From the human T2T-CHM13v2.0 reference genome, Homo sapiens: a stretch of 64,000 bases of DNA. Both the position numbers and the translations under genes were made by a program. The notes below the pieces were generated by a model. The model ran no database searches and had not been told where the DNA came from. It saw nothing but the letters and a program-made list of their open reading frames with translations. The stretch is from NCBI RefSeq assembly GCF_009914755.1, contig NC_060925.1. One strand, given 5' to 3'. Shown here in pieces: positions 13,586-29,429 of the stretch (within the stretch, counting starts at the first letter, position 1; each line of letters begins with the position of its first letter).

Positions 13586-15833
13586 CTACCCCCAAACTAC
13601 CCTTCCCAGTAAATGAGTCATTCATTCACTTACTCCAGTTATGTCTACTAAGAACCAAGCCTGCAGCAGGCAATAAACCATGCACTAGAGATATTGCTGT
13701 GAACTAGACAGTGTTTAGAGTCTAACAGGGGAGTTGGTCATTAAACAAACAGGGGCCAAATAGTTATTTAGTGATAGTATGGACTAGGTGTGCTAGTAAG
13801 GCTAATGGCCACAACTGTATGTTCTGATCATTTAGGTATCCAGCTGCTAATCTGTAATCTAATTTTTAATCTGGCCATTATTCTTACCAAATTCTCATTT
13901 TTTAAATATGCTTGGTGTTGTTTAAACAAAACCTATATGATTTATTTTCAACCCAAAAGAGTAATGCTTAAGGTACATGAAGGAAAACCAAGGCACATAT
14001 ATCAAAGCTCTAGAGAATCAGGTTTCAGTTCCACTAAACTATTTCCACCAGCCTCTTCAATGATTAGGATTTTAAAGCTCAAAATAGTTTCCACAGCAGT
14101 ATTACAATGATATAAAAATTACATGCATAGAAACCCTAAAAGGAAATCACAAAAACATAAATAGTAGATATTTATTAAATGGTATAATTATAGGTATTCT
14201 TTTTACTATTGCCATTTTTTAAGTTTTTTATTTAATGGATGATTATTACTTTGTAATAAAATGAATTTTTTAAAAGACTGTTTAAATGTATGATAGATGA
14301 TCTCATTTTCCTTTTAGAATTATTCATATTGCAAAGTCTACAGTATATTACACTTAGTGGATTTTCACTATGTCTTTCTTTTATCTCCCCACTATGTATT
14401 TCTTGAATGAAGGAACAGATGAATGAGTTTTGAATTCTAATAAGACCAACATATGGAAATTTTTGTCTTAAAGTGTTGCGCTCATATTTTCCAAACAGCG
14501 ATCAAACTTGAGACCTTTGGGCTTCCTCGAAAAAGACCTATCAAAAGCTTGTTTTAGTTGTCTTAATCAGTTCTTAGTTATTTTTGCTTGTGAATACGAG
14601 TTTTGAATATAATAAATGGATTGAATTAAAGAAAATATGTTTAAACACATTCTGAAATGTATTACTTCTCTAATTTCTACTATTTAAAAATTATGTCTCC
14701 TATTGAGAACAACATTCTGCAGGCTTCTCAAGAAATCTCACTTGTTATCAACAAATATTTGGATCCCATCAGAACATTTGTTTTTCATTTGTAATTGTAT
14801 TTACTCTGGAGTCCTTCTGTGAACTGTTTGGTTATGACTAATAAGTTAGGAACAATTAGCTAAAATTCATTCAATCATAGGAATTTACATTTGGAGGGGT
14901 CATTAATGGTCATTTAAGTCCAGCATTTCTCCCAAGCAAGAATCCCTTCTACAGTCTTGGTCAGTAGTCTTTGGTGTCTGTTTGAATACCTCAGATGCTA
15001 AGAATCTCACTGACTCCCATGGAAGCTGAGTTTGTTTGTTTTTTTAAATGCTTATCTTCATGCCCATCAAAGATGAAAGTTTTATTTTGTTTGCATGTAC
15101 ACTTCTAATCCCCAGCACAGAACTCAGCACATCAAAAATCTTCAGTAAATGTTAATTGCCTGAATAAGTGGAGGTTTGAATCCATTCATTCATTTAGTGT
15201 ATTATTGAATGTCTACTATGTGGTGGGTATTTATCTGAAGCACTGGGGGTACAGCAGTGGACAAGAAAGACATGGTTCCTGGCCCATGAGGTGTTTTCAC
15301 TCTAGCTGGAAAGACTAATCTACCCATATTTCCCTTTCCTACTTAAATCTTAGACATATCATCAGTAGGCAGATGGAAGCAGCCACTATTAGGACAGGTT
15401 GAGGAATAAGTAGCAATTTCTTACACATTCTTAGAGATTACTTGAGAACCTCCAGGGAAGACTACACTTCCTGTCAGGCTGGGCTGGTGGATGTTCAAGT
15501 CAGTATTGTTTGAATATTAAAGAAATGTAACCTTATTTTATCCCTATAGCTGATGCAGCAGGACATTCAATACAAAGAGAGAGAAGATGAAGCTGTATTA
15601 ACACATACATATATGTTCTACTTATTGATACATTTATATATATGTATACACACACACATTTATTCTTATTCAAACACATACACACTCACATAAAAATGGA
15701 AAGATATTCACCTAATTTTTTAAATGATTATCTCCAAGTAGTGGGATTATAGATTTATTCTTTTAGTTTTTCTATATTTGACACATTTTCTTCAGCAAAC
15801 AAATATTACTTAAATAAGCAAAACAATTGTATT

Positions 15834-15836
<3 letters not shown>

Positions 15837-15874
<38 letters not shown>
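15837..15874. repeat. (CA)19 microsatellite
   Basis: Directly visible. Confidence 0.95.
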
Positions 15875-15875
<1 letters not shown>

Positions 15876-16935
15876 CAAGTCCGGCTAACTGGTCACGCTG
15901 CTGATGCCTCCATGCTTTGTTCCTGCAAATGCCTTCTCCCTCCTCTCTCCCTTTCAACATCTTCCTCGCCCTGTAAATAATCTCAGCTCAAGCATCATCT
16001 CCACTAGAAAGCTCTCCTGATGCCCACCTTCCCCAGGGACCCTATACCCCCCTTTCTTTGTGCACTTGCTGAACTAGGTAGAGACATTTATGATGGTGCC
16101 TTACAGCTATGCATGGCCTGCTCGCCTGATTGCCAGTGCCTGCAGGCCTGGCTCTGTGCCGCTCATCTGCACAGTGCCTCACCCTCAGTAGGGAATTGGG
16201 AGATAAGGGATGAATCCCTGAGCCTCTCCTAGGTCACTGATATGGCTGCTCATTGGTCATTCTCCTCTGTAGCTGAGATCACATTGCCCTCCTTACAAAC
16301 TACTGATGGCTCCTTACTGCCTACTGAAAAAAATGCAACATCTTAGGGCATCCAAGAGCCTCCACAATATGATACCAGCTTGTACCCCATCCCAGGAGTA
16401 CTCATCCAGCCCTAAACAGGTCATGCCTCCCCACCTTTGCCACTGCTATTCTTTTAAACTAAAATGATTTTCCCCATCTCTACCTAAGGAGTGTCTAAAA
16501 ATAATTTCTACTCATCCTTACACTAGCTCGAAAGCCACTGATGCTCTGATGTGCTCATCAAAATCTCTGTTGGGAGTATCTGCAATCTCATATGCCCTGG
16601 GGTTCCTGTCTGTCCCTACAGCCACGTAAAGTAAGCACCATGAAGGCAGGGGTCATGCCTTAATCTTAATTTAGGAGGCACTCACTGAGGAGCTGTTGAT
16701 TTAAAATGATTTGGAAAAGAAAAAGTCCACGTTCTCTTCCAAATGAAGGGCTATACAAGTTACTGTGAATGGTTTTAATACAGAAAATGAGAGAAAAGAG
16801 ATCCAAAAAAATAGAGTGAAATGGGATAGGTTACCAAACAAAGAATGAAACCATATAAGTAGAATTTGCTTTAAGATAAACATTTAGGTATTGAATATCT
16901 GAGATTTCTGTTTCCTTGTTTTATGAGCACAGGAT

Positions 16936-17837
16936 TGTAGGAGAGTCAGCGAGCACCCCCAACACCCTTAAGTTCTTAGGTGGTATTTTTGGCTAGAACT
17001 AGAAACCAAATGGACACCAGGCAGATTAACAAGATAAAAGCATACTAATTGTATTGGTTTTAAGGAACGTAGGTGTCATGCCAGATCCCTATTGACTCCA
17101 ATAGGAATGGCACCATGTCTGAGAGGCCAAACAAGAGACCCAGAGCCAGCAAACGAGACACGGGGTTTTATTAGGGAGAAATTACATACAGGAATAGTCC
17201 AGTGGTGGAAGACTGAACAGGAAACTGTAACTGCTTGAAAAAAGCATGTAGTTTAGATAGCACCTTCACTTAGCACGCTCCCCCCGACAACCTCCATGTG
17301 GCAACCCTCATTTCTTAAGTCATTGCTGGCAGGTGCATCTGCCGTATAGGGTCATTCTCAGGGTGTGAATAAGTCAGTGCTGTCAGATGCAACTACTGTG
17401 CCCGTGGGATCTTCACAAGAGAGTGAAATCCAAAGAAATGCCCAAAGCAAGATGTCTTTATACTTTTTAGACAAAGAACAATGAATTTGAGAAGAAATGA
17501 CAAGAAAAAGGGGATCTGGCTAGGGGTAGTAAATTTTAAGGGAGTCATAGGAGCTATATGAGGGGACATAAAACTAGTGGACGACAGGGGTTACTTCGGT
17601 AATATTTATTTAGGTCCACTGCAGCCTTAACTTCCCAGTCTCTGGTAATAAGGACAATTTTCTTGCCCTGGTACATGGAGGTCCCCCTCCAAGAGGAAGC
17701 TTTATGGCTTGCTGCATGCAGGGGGAGACAGGACAACTGGCCCTTTCTGAAACTACAATTTCTTCAATGTTTGTAACTCAAAATAATAAATATACCAATG
17801 TGGCATATTTTGAGATTGCACATTCTTCATTCCTTCA
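16936..17837 (-). mobile_element. Solo ERV1 LTR (MER34/MER39-like), split by a nested LTR
   Basis: Reverse strand starts TGAAGGAATGAAGAATGTGCAATCTCAAAATATGCCACATTGG (MER34-group start); TG...CA ends; flanks ggat/gaat. Confidence 0.7.
17074..17403 (-). mobile_element. Nested solo LTR (LTR18/LTR47-like, ERVL group)
   Basis: Reverse strand has gcatctgacagcac...ccctgagaatgaccc and ends aataaaaccccgtgtctcgtttgctggctctgggtctc...ggcatgaca; flanks gtagg/gtggg. Confidence 0.65.
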
Positions 17838-19854
17838 GAATTCAAAGTCACAGATGTTGGCTTTGTCCTTGACATTGCCTCTGATAAGCTTGGTGATCTT
17901 CACCAAGTCATCAAACCCTTCTGAGCTTTAATATCCTCCTCCTTAAAATGTATATAAGAATCAGTAGAAACAATAGCTACCACAGAGCTGTAAAGAGTTC
18001 ATAAGGTGCTACAGAAATGTAAGGCATTTGTGAATGTGGTGTAATTTTTTTCAATAAATAAATATTAATTGAGCATCAATTATATGCCAGGTGCTAGGAA
18101 AAAACAGAAAAATAGCATTAGTGGCATCTACTTGCTTCCTTCCTTGCAGGCATATACTTTTGCAATTTGTTTCTGTCCTTCAGTGACATCAGTGCATAAT
18201 GCCAGTTTCCCTCTCTTGTCTGTGATAGGGAAAGAGAGAAAGGAGCACACATAGCTCCCCACACATTCCCTGGCCCCAACCCTGCCAAGCCCTACACTGT
18301 AGAAACACAGAGGGAAGGCAGACAAAGGAGAGATTATGGGTATTAATGCTCTGGGGAAAATGCAAACCAGCCTGTTCATACCACCGGTCACAGAGTTTGA
18401 TGATAGACCATGAGCTGTGACCATGAAAGGGATGCTGGCTTGACATTAGGATCAGTATATTTATAAGCAGATCAGGAGCTTATCCCATCATTAGAGCCTT
18501 TTGATCTTCCTTGCCCACCAAAAGGAAAAGCAAGACACCATCAAGTGAGGAGCCTGGGCCAAAGGTACCATGATACAGTCCAGTGCCTGAGGAATAAAAC
18601 AGCCCCCGCCCTAGATGCTGCACTCAGATGGGAATGGAGGGAGTACTTGGGCACCTCTAGAATCATTCATTCAATCAAGCATTCAAAAAATACCTATCAA
18701 AACAGTGATAGGTATCAAAACCTATCAAAAAACCTGTCAAAACCTAACCAAAAAAGGTTAAAACACTGACTTTTTGCTGCACAAACCTGGGTTCAAAACT
18801 TAGCTCCACCCTTTAAAAGATATGGGACCCTAAGCAAGTTGCAGAACCTCCCTAAACCCACCACTTCATCCAGAAACTAGGATAACACTAATAGCTACCC
18901 TTAGAATTGTGGTGGAGATTAAATGTTACGGAGCTCTTAGCACTGTGCCTTGCAACTGCTAAGCATATAATGAATAATAATTGTTATTATAATCATCATT
19001 ATCATTGATATGTGCCAGGCACCATCCTAGATCCTAGGGCCAAAGAGTTAGAGAAAAAAAAAAAAGTTATTGCACTCACTCAGGCAGACTACTCACTATA
19101 ATACAATATGGTCAGTATTACAACAGGGCTAGGAACAAAAAGTTGTGGGAGAAAAGGGTTTGAGGGAGAGGGGTGGTGGCTTCCCAGAAGAGACAGTGTT
19201 TTCATTCAGCCTTAGAGGATAAGTAGGGATTTCACCAGGAGAAAGAGAGAGAATAAGGTAAGGCATTCCAGGCAGAGAAAATGTCCAAAGCAAAGTTATG
19301 GAGGAAGAAAGGAGCAAGGTGAGTTGAGACAGCTGCATGCAGTGCATCCTGGTCCTTCCTCTTCTCTAGTACATTGCAGAGAATCACCTTGTTCTGCTCA
19401 GAAAACACAACCTGGGGTGTGCTGGGCTGATAGAGAGATTCCAAAGAAGGAAGTGCCCAGGACTCTGGCACTCTTTCTGCTGCTTGGAATTCACCCTTCA
19501 GCCATTCCAGATGCCTGATTGCCAGGAGGAAGAGCAGAGTTGCCAAGGTCCTAGCTGAGGGAGAAAAGAGGGCAGAGCCTCCCCAGAGCTGGAAGGCCCT
19601 TTCAGCAGAGCCCTGGGGAAGCCACAGTCAGCTCCACGGCAGCAATCCCTGTAGGAGCAGCCAAGGAGCTGAAGCGCAGCCAGCCAGGCTGGCCAGCCAG
19701 CCTCCACCACAACAGTCGCTATTTACTTTGGATGCTGGCCGTCCCCACAATTCACACACAAGATTTATTACCAGAAAGTAAGTCATACAGGCTGCAGTAA
19801 TAACATACTTCCTAAACGCAAGCCTTCACTCCTGTGGCTAGGGCAGGAGGATAG

Positions 19855-20305
<451 letters not shown>

Positions 20306-20682
20306 TAGGCTGGAATTTCCAACTGTGTGTATACTCCCTGTCTTTTCCCTGACCTCTTATTTCAATCAGGAAACAAAGTTTTGTGATTTCTTGTAAGGGG
20401 ATTCTGACAAAGTGGAAAGCAGACAGCAGACATCAATTCTAGAGCAACGGAAGTCAGAGGCCAAGGCAGGAAGAATGTCTTTAAGGAGCAGCAAGGTAGG
20501 AAATGGAGATTCCTAGAAACTGGAAAGAAGGTGGCAAGGTTTTAGAGAGGAGCCGCTAAGTGGTTATGGATTCCTGGAACTGAGCTTGGCCCTGAGGGGA
20601 AGAGAGAATTACCACCCAGCCACCTGTGCCAACAGATAGTTTCTGTCCATTGGAGACAGAAACAGGCCATTGGCTGGCCTGG

Positions 20683-21087
20683 TAATATGGTTTGGATGAA
20701 CCCAAATCTCATGTCAAAATATAATCCCCAATGTTGGAGGTGGGGCATGGTAGGAGGTGACTGGATCATGGCGGGAGGATTTCTCATGAATGGTTTAGTG
20801 TCATCTCCATGGTATTGTCCTCGCAATAGTAAGTTCTTGTGAGATCTGGTCATTTAAAACTGTGTGTCACCTCCTCATATCTCTTGCTCCTGCCTTTGCC
20901 ATGTTAAGTGCCTGCTCCCGCTTTGCCTTCTGCCATATGAGTAAAAGCTCCCTGAGGCCTCCCCAGTAGCAGATGCTGCCATGCTTCCTGTACAACCTGC
21001 AGAACTGTGAATCAATTAAACCTCTTTTCTTATAAATTACCCAGTCTCAGGTATTCCTTTATAGCAATGCAAGAACAGGCTAAAACA
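20683..21087 (+). mobile_element. MaLR solo LTR (MSTA-like), 5-bp TSD CCTGG
   Basis: atatggtttgg...aattaaacctcttttcttataaattacccagtctcaggtatt...aaaca; CCTGG at 20678-20682 and 21088-21092. Confidence 0.9.
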
Positions 21088-21094
21088 CCTGGTC

Positions 21095-22585
21095 TACTAC
21101 ATTCTTATTTGCACTGTTTAAGCAGAAGAGTTCCAGGCAATACGAACTTAGTCTAATTTAAATCATAAAAACAGAGTCGCAGTTTCTGCAATCAATTCCT
21201 AGACTTGAGCCAGTTTACAGATCCCAAATGCCTTGAAAGAAGGGGAGGTTTGAGCTCCTTGAAGAAGTACCCATTACACTGCCAAAAGTTTATGCCATTA
21301 ATCTTTTTCTCAGCCCTCCCCAAAGGACCTATGGCCTTCTGCCAGGGTGACTGTGCATTAGGGAAAACAAAATAATCAGACTTTTAGGTGATCATTGGAC
21401 ACTGACTTACTGGATTAGTGACACTAATCTTAGGAGACCCAAACCATCACTGTGGTCTATCAGTCAGAATATAAATTTTATTTATTTATTTATTTAGACA
21501 TATGGTCTCACTCTGGTTGCCAAGGCTGGAGTGCAGTGGCATGATTTTGGCTCACTGCAGCCTCGACGTCCCCTGGCTGAGGTAATTTTCCCACCTCAGC
21601 CTCCAGAGTAGTTGGGACTACAGGCTCATGCCACTACATCCGGCTAATTTTTTTGTATTTTTAGTAGAGACCCGGTTTCACCATGTTGCCCAGGCTGGTC
21701 TTGAACTCCTGGGCTCGAGAAATTCACTCCCTTCACCCTCCCAAAGTGCTGGGATTACAGGCATGAGCTACCATGCCGTCCTAGAGTGGGAACTTCTGAA
21801 ACTCAGGTAATTAGTGTAGTTTTAGCTCAAGTCACAGTGAGTCCAGTGGGTCTCCAAACGCATTCAGTGGTCATTTCTCCAGTTCCAGAGTAAATAATTG
21901 GAATAGACATATTCAGCAACTGGCAGGATCCCCATGCTTGTTCTCCGACTTGTGGAGTGAGGGCCATTACAATAAGAAAGACCAAGTGTAAGCCACTAGA
22001 ATAGTCTTTACCTAGGAAAACAGTAAACCGAAAGCAATACTGCATTCATGGGAGGGATTCTAGAGAATGGTGCCACTATCAAAGGTTGGAAGGATGCACA
22101 CGTGGTGATTCCCACCACATCCTCATTCAACTTGCCTATTTGGCCTGTACAGAAGACAGATAGATACTGGAGAATGGCAGTGGATTATAGTAAGCTTAAT
22201 CAGGTGGTGACTTGAATTTCAGCTGGTCTTTCAGAAAAGGCTTCATTGCTTGAGCAAATTAACACATGCCCTATTACTGGTATGCAGCGACTGGTCTGAC
22301 AAATGCCTTTTTCTCAATACCTATTAATAAAGACTACCAGAATTGATTTGCCTTCTGTTGGCAAAGCCAGCAATACACCTTAACTGCCTTACCTTGGGGT
22401 ATATCAACCCTTCAAACCTAAATGTTATATTATAGTCTGCAGGGACTTGATCATCTTTCCGTAAGACCACTGGTTTATTACATTGATGAATGCTGATTCC
22501 ACCTAGTGAGCAAAAAGTAGCAATTATACTAATTAGTAAGACATTCGTGTGTCATATGGTAGGAAATAAATCTAACAAAAAGGGC
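21095..22585 (+). pseudogene. Degenerate ERV-L (HERV-L-like) internal segment: gag end, protease, RT N-terminal half
   Basis: 22081-22212 translates KGWKDAHVVIPTTSSFNLPIWPVQKTDRYWRMAVDYSKLNQVVT (ERV-L RT motif); also a NAFFSIP motif and LVYYID(E) at 22470-22490; many stops and frameshifts. Confidence 0.85.
21475..21781 (-). mobile_element. Alu (AluJ-type) inserted in the ERV-L segment
   Basis: Antisense Alu dimer with a (TTTA)n tail; J-type features. Confidence 0.9.
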
Positions 22586-24654
22586 CTTCCAACACTCCTT
22601 TATGATTAAGAAAACACTCAGCAAACTAGAAATAGAGGAAAACTTCCTCAAGTTGATAAAGCATATCTACAAAAAAATCTACAATATAATACCCAATGGT
22701 GAGAAACTACAAGCTTTCCCACTAAGTTCAGGTAAAAGGCAAGAATGTCTCTTCTCACCACTCCTTTTCAACATTGCACTGGAAGTCCTAACATAATGTG
22801 ATTTTTTAAGGAAATAAAATGCATAAAGACTAAGAAGGAATAAATAAATCCGTGCTTGTTCACAGATAACCGTGATTGCCTATGTAGAAAATCCAAAACA
22901 ATCAACAAAAATATTCCTGGAATTAATCAGCAATTATAGCAAGTTTGCAGTATACAAGGTCAACATATAAAAGCCAATTGCTTTTCTATATACCAGCAAT
23001 GAATAAGTGAAATTTGAACTTTAAAACACAATATTATCTACATTAGCATTTCCAAAAATGAAATACTTAGCTATCAGTTTTGTTTTAAATGTGCAATATC
23101 TATATGAAGGAAACTAAAAAATTCTGATGAAAGAAATCAAAGAAGAACTAAATAAATAGATATTTCATGTGTATTGATAGAAAGACTCAATATTGTGAAG
23201 ATGTCAGCTCTTCCCAGCTTGACCTATAGATTCAATGCAATACAAGTCAAAATCCCAGCAAGTTATCTTGTGAATATCAACAAATTAACTGTAAAGTTTA
23301 CATGGAGAAGCAAAAGACCCAGAATAACCAACAAAATATTGAAGGAGAAGAAAAAAGACAGACGACTAATACTACCTGACTTCAATACTTACTATAAAGC
23401 TATAGTAGTCAAGACAATGTGGCATAGTGAAGGAATAGACAGATAAATGGAATAGAATACAAAGACCAGAAGTAAACCCACATTAATATTGTCAACTGAT
23501 TTTTTACAAAGGTGCAAAGGCAATAAACTGGAAAAAAGATGATCTTTTCAATGATAGTGCTGGAATGAATGGACATCCATGTGCCAAATATAAAAATCTA
23601 AACACAAAAATTAACTCAAAACAGCTCATAAACCTGAATTTAAAGCATGAAACTATAAAACTCCTAGAAAATAACATAGGAGAAAATCTAGATAATCTTG
23701 GGTTTGGCAATTACTTTTTAGATATGACAGCAAAGTCATAACCCATGAAAAAAATTAATAGGCTGGACTTCATCAAAATTAAAAACTCAAAAGACCCTTT
23801 AGGAGAATTAAAACACAAGCCACAGACTTGGAGAAAATATTTGAAACAGATGTATCTGATAAAAGACTATTACCCAAATAGTCTCATTCACTTCTGTTAA
23901 GATTGCAAAATAGTATAACCACTTTGGAAGTCAGTTTGACAGTTTCTTACCAAACTAAACATACTCTTACCATATGATCCAGAGACCCTGCTTTTGTAGA
24001 AATTAACAAACTGATTGTAAAATTTATGTGAAAATTCAAAGGACTGCGAACAACCAAAAAAAAAAAAACTGAACAAAAAGAACAAAGTTGGAGGACTTAA
24101 ACAAAATTTACTATAAATCTATAGTAATCAAGACAGTATGCTATTTGTGTATGGACAGACATAATTGATCAAACAGACAGAATAGAGTCCAGAAATAAAT
24201 CTTCATACTTACAGTCAATTGATTTTGACAAAGGTGACAAAGCAATTCAATGAGGGAAAAGAGAGTCTTTTCAATAAATGGTGCTGGAACAATTATATAT
24301 TCATATACAAAAAAAACAAAAAAAATCTTAGACCCTCATCTCTTACCATGTATAACTCAAAATAGGTCATAGGTTAAAATGTAAGTCCTAAGTCTATAAA
24401 ACTTCTAGAAAAAAAAAAACAGAGAATCTTTGTGACTTTGGGTTAAGCAAACACTTGTTAGATGTGACACAAAGCAAGATCCATAAAAGAAAAAAAATTA
24501 CACTGGAATTTATCAAAATTAAGTGTTTACTTTTCAAAAGACATCACTAAGAAAATTAAAACAGAAGCCACCATCAGGGAGAAAATATTTGCAAATCACA
24601 TTTCTGATAAAAGACTTGTATGCAGAACTCTTACAACTTAATAATATAAGACAA
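22586..24654 (+). mobile_element. Old L1M ORF2 fragments (at least two pieces)
   Basis: ORF2 RT peptides ([17 protein letters not shown]...[18 protein letters not shown]; RLNIVKMSALPSLTYRFNAI); ORF2 position jumps back at ~23990. Confidence 0.85.
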
Positions 24655-25945
24655 ACATGAAGAATGAAATTAGACTCCTATCTCTCCTATATACAAAAAT
24701 AAAGTCAAAAGGGATTAAAGATTTAAATCTAAGATGTGAAACTACAAAACTACTAGAAGAAAACATTAGGGAAATGCTTCAGGATATTGGTCTGGGCAGA
24801 TTATTTTGTGTAAGACCTGAAAAGCACAGGCAATAAAAGCAAAAATAGACAAATGGGATGACATCAAGCTAAAAACCTTTTTGCACAGCAAAAGAAACAA
24901 TCAACAAAGTGAAGAGACAACCCACGAATAGGAGAAAATACTTGCGAACTATCCGTCTGATAAAGGGTGAATAACTAGAATACATAAGGAATGCAATGCA
25001 ATTGTTTTTAAAAAATCAAATTTTGAAACAAGCAAAAGATCTAATAGACATTTCTCAAAAGATGGCATACAAGTGGCAAACAGGTATATGAAAAAATGCT
25101 CACCATCACTAATTATCAGAGAAATGCAAATCAAAACTACAATGAGATATCATCTCATCCCAGTTAAAATGGCATTTATTAAAAAGATGCTAGTGAGGAT
25201 GTAGAGAAAGGGGAAGGAACCCTCATACACTGCTGGTGGGAATGTAAATTAGTGCGGCCACTATGGAAAACAGTATGGAGGTGCCTCAAAAAACTAAAAA
25301 TAGAACTACCATGTGATCTAGAAATCCCACTACTGACTACATATCCAAAAGAAAGGAAATGAATGTATCAAAGAGATATCTGCACTCCCATGTTTATTGC
25401 AGCACTATTCAAAACAGCCGAGATACGGAATCAACCTAAGTGCCCATCAATAGGTCTATGGATCAAATGTGGTGTATATACACAATGGAATATTATTTGG
25501 CCATTGAAAAAGAATGAAATCCTATCATCTACAGCAACATGGATGGAACTGGAGATCATTATGTTAAGAGAAATAAGCCACACATAGAAAGGCAAATATC
25601 ACATATTCTCACTCATATGTGGTAGCTAAAAAGGTGGCACTCACAAAGACAAAGAGTAGACTGGTGGTTACCAGAGTCTGGAAAGGATGGAGGGGAGGGA
25701 GGAATGAAGAGAGCTTGGTTAATGGGTACAAATACAGAGTTAGATAGAAGAAATAAGACTTAATGTTCGATAGAACAGCAGGGTGAATATAGCTAGCAAT
25801 CATCTATTGTACATTTCAAAATAGCTAGAAGAGAATAAACTGAATGTTCCTAGCGTCAAGAAAAGATAAATGATAATGGTGAAGGATATCCAAATATCTC
25901 ATATACCCCCAAAATAGATACATCTATTTATCAATTTAAAAAGAC
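24655..25945 (+). mobile_element. L1MA-type 3' portion nested in the older L1
   Basis: ORF2 C-terminus ([15 protein letters not shown]...) plus L1MA-type 3' UTR; aagacaa on both sides. Confidence 0.8.
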
Positions 25946-25951
25946 AACTCT

Positions 25952-27135
<1,184 letters not shown>

Positions 27136-29429
27136 CAGAGCTAATTCTTGCATACTTCAGTTTGTAGACTTAAATTCATACTGATTTCATGAGCTTTAAT
27201 TTTTCCCAGGCATAAATCATCCTTGCTAATATGAAAATCAATTTGGACAAAAGCTTTCCACTTGCCTTCCTCAACCTGTAATTTATTTTGAAAGCACAGA
27301 AGTTTCTGTTGCATGCCTCTCCTTCAAAACCTTTGCTGTCTTCTGATTATCTCACCTGGGAGGGCTCAGTCACAGGGTCAGAACGAAAGAATTCACAGTC
27401 ATCATGAAGTGCAGGTACTATTCCATCTTCTATGTACCATCTTCCAAATCTATAGCAATGATTACTTGGAGCCAAGATCACTGAATTTTAAAGACTGAGA
27501 AATTCATCACAAGACTTCTAATTTCTCATTAACTCTCACTTTTATTAATTTAGAGATGAAATTAAATTTATTACAAAGCTACTCTCTACCCTTCCAGATC
27601 CAGAGCCACCCAAGGACTGAGTTCAAGAATCTTAAAATCCTAGGTAAAACTAACTGGCCCATTTGGCCACACTGCAAATCCTTCTTTCTTCACACTTGAA
27701 AAGTTCTGTGGGTGGTTTAAAAGATATTTTTAAATTTTCACAAAACATATAACCCAAATCAAATCATGCTTATGATCTCTTTCTAAATCTATAAATTTCA
27801 ACTTATTTGAATCACTGATGAAATTATCACTCCAAATAATACAGCTGGATGAAATCTGAACCAAACCATACCTACCAGTCTGTGCAACGAAATTCAGAGC
27901 AAAACACACGCACAATTCTGGCAAGTGTTCATTGCCCACATCTACTAGCAGGAGACCCATGACTCTATTTACAAATCGTGGGTTATACATGAAATGTAAC
28001 TTTTATGTCAAGATAATTATCTCTCCAAAGGAAATAATGACAGTTATATCTTTCAAACTTGCTTTCCTTTTCTTTTTGTTTGAGGCCACTCAGTTCTTCC
28101 CAGCTACTGTCAGCACTGCTTTCCTACAAAGGAGAGTATCTGACACGAGGCTTTTATTGAGAGACTGTTTCGGTTAAAACCTCTCTGAGATTCTGAATGG
28201 CAGAAAAATTGTCTCCCAGAAGAAACTTACCAGATCTAGCAGAGTAAAAGTCATCAAATGACAGAATCTCAGAGTTGAAGACCACCCACCTAACCCAGGA
28301 ATCATCTCTACGATATCTCTTGCATTCATCTGTATAATTCTAGGAAACCGTGACTCTCTGAGTCCAGAATTCTATAGTTTAGTCACTTTTTCTATTTTGT
28401 TTAGCCATTTGAATATGTCAGAGAGTAGGGATCAATTCTGGCTTTTTTAAGCTAGATGGCTAAACTTCTGAATCTAGGGAAAAGTATACCAAAAATAAAA
28501 AATAAATGTCATTAATTTAAGCACCCAAGAGAAAACAGCCCATTCCCTCTCCCTAGGATCATCCCATTGACCATTCAGCAGTCGTTTCATTTCATGGCCT
28601 TCACATAATGTGCACGGAGGCCACTTCCCACCTACAGGAGGACTGATGAGCATGCAGCAATCTGCAGTTTCTGTTCCTCGTTCACAGTTTTTATTTTCAT
28701 AAGGCCATGATAGGTACTTCCTCCACCCAATGTGGTATATTTAAATTGTGAATCATTATACAGGAAGTAAAAGGAATTCCCAAAGCTCTATACATATATC
28801 CTTTGGGGTTTTTTTTAATTAAATGAGGTTTCATGAATCAAAAATAACACGTACAAATTATGTAATAAAAACAATTCATAAGGCAGGCTTTCAAAGAAGG
28901 ACTTAGAGTGATTATCTATTGTAAGTATCATTGTGCCAAACAGTTATTACTCACAGGGCTGAGGGTGGCTTGCATTCTCTCTAAAAATAGATCTTTCCAT
29001 GAAAACACATAATATGTTCTTGTTGCTGTTCGAGGTAAAAACTACAAAAGAGGATATTTTTATCCTCTAGGCAGTTAACTTTCATTCCAAATAGAACCAA
29101 CCAAATCATTTACAAAAGGAAAAAAAAGGAACCCAGACATCTGGAAATTTGCTGTGTTTCTTTTCCTGCAGTTTACATTTCTGAAATTCCTTTCCTTATT
29201 ACATAAAACCATACTCTCTAACCAGTAATATCCAATAATGAATGTCCCCAGTTTGTAGGCAGTGACAGTAAATTCAAGCATCAAAAACAAAAGAAAAATA
29301 AACAAAAAGAGAGAGACAGAGATCATTCAAAGAATAAACAGTCCACTCTAACACATCTTTTTCTGTCATTTCTCTCCCAGGCTCCACATTGAAAGGCAGT
29401 GCAGTGTTGCAAAAGAGCCTGATCTGTAA

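Noticed and set aside
21095-22585. Possible domesticated or intact retroviral RT gene
   Set aside because: Multiple stops and frameshifts, an Alu insertion, a damaged YIDD motif and truncation by L1
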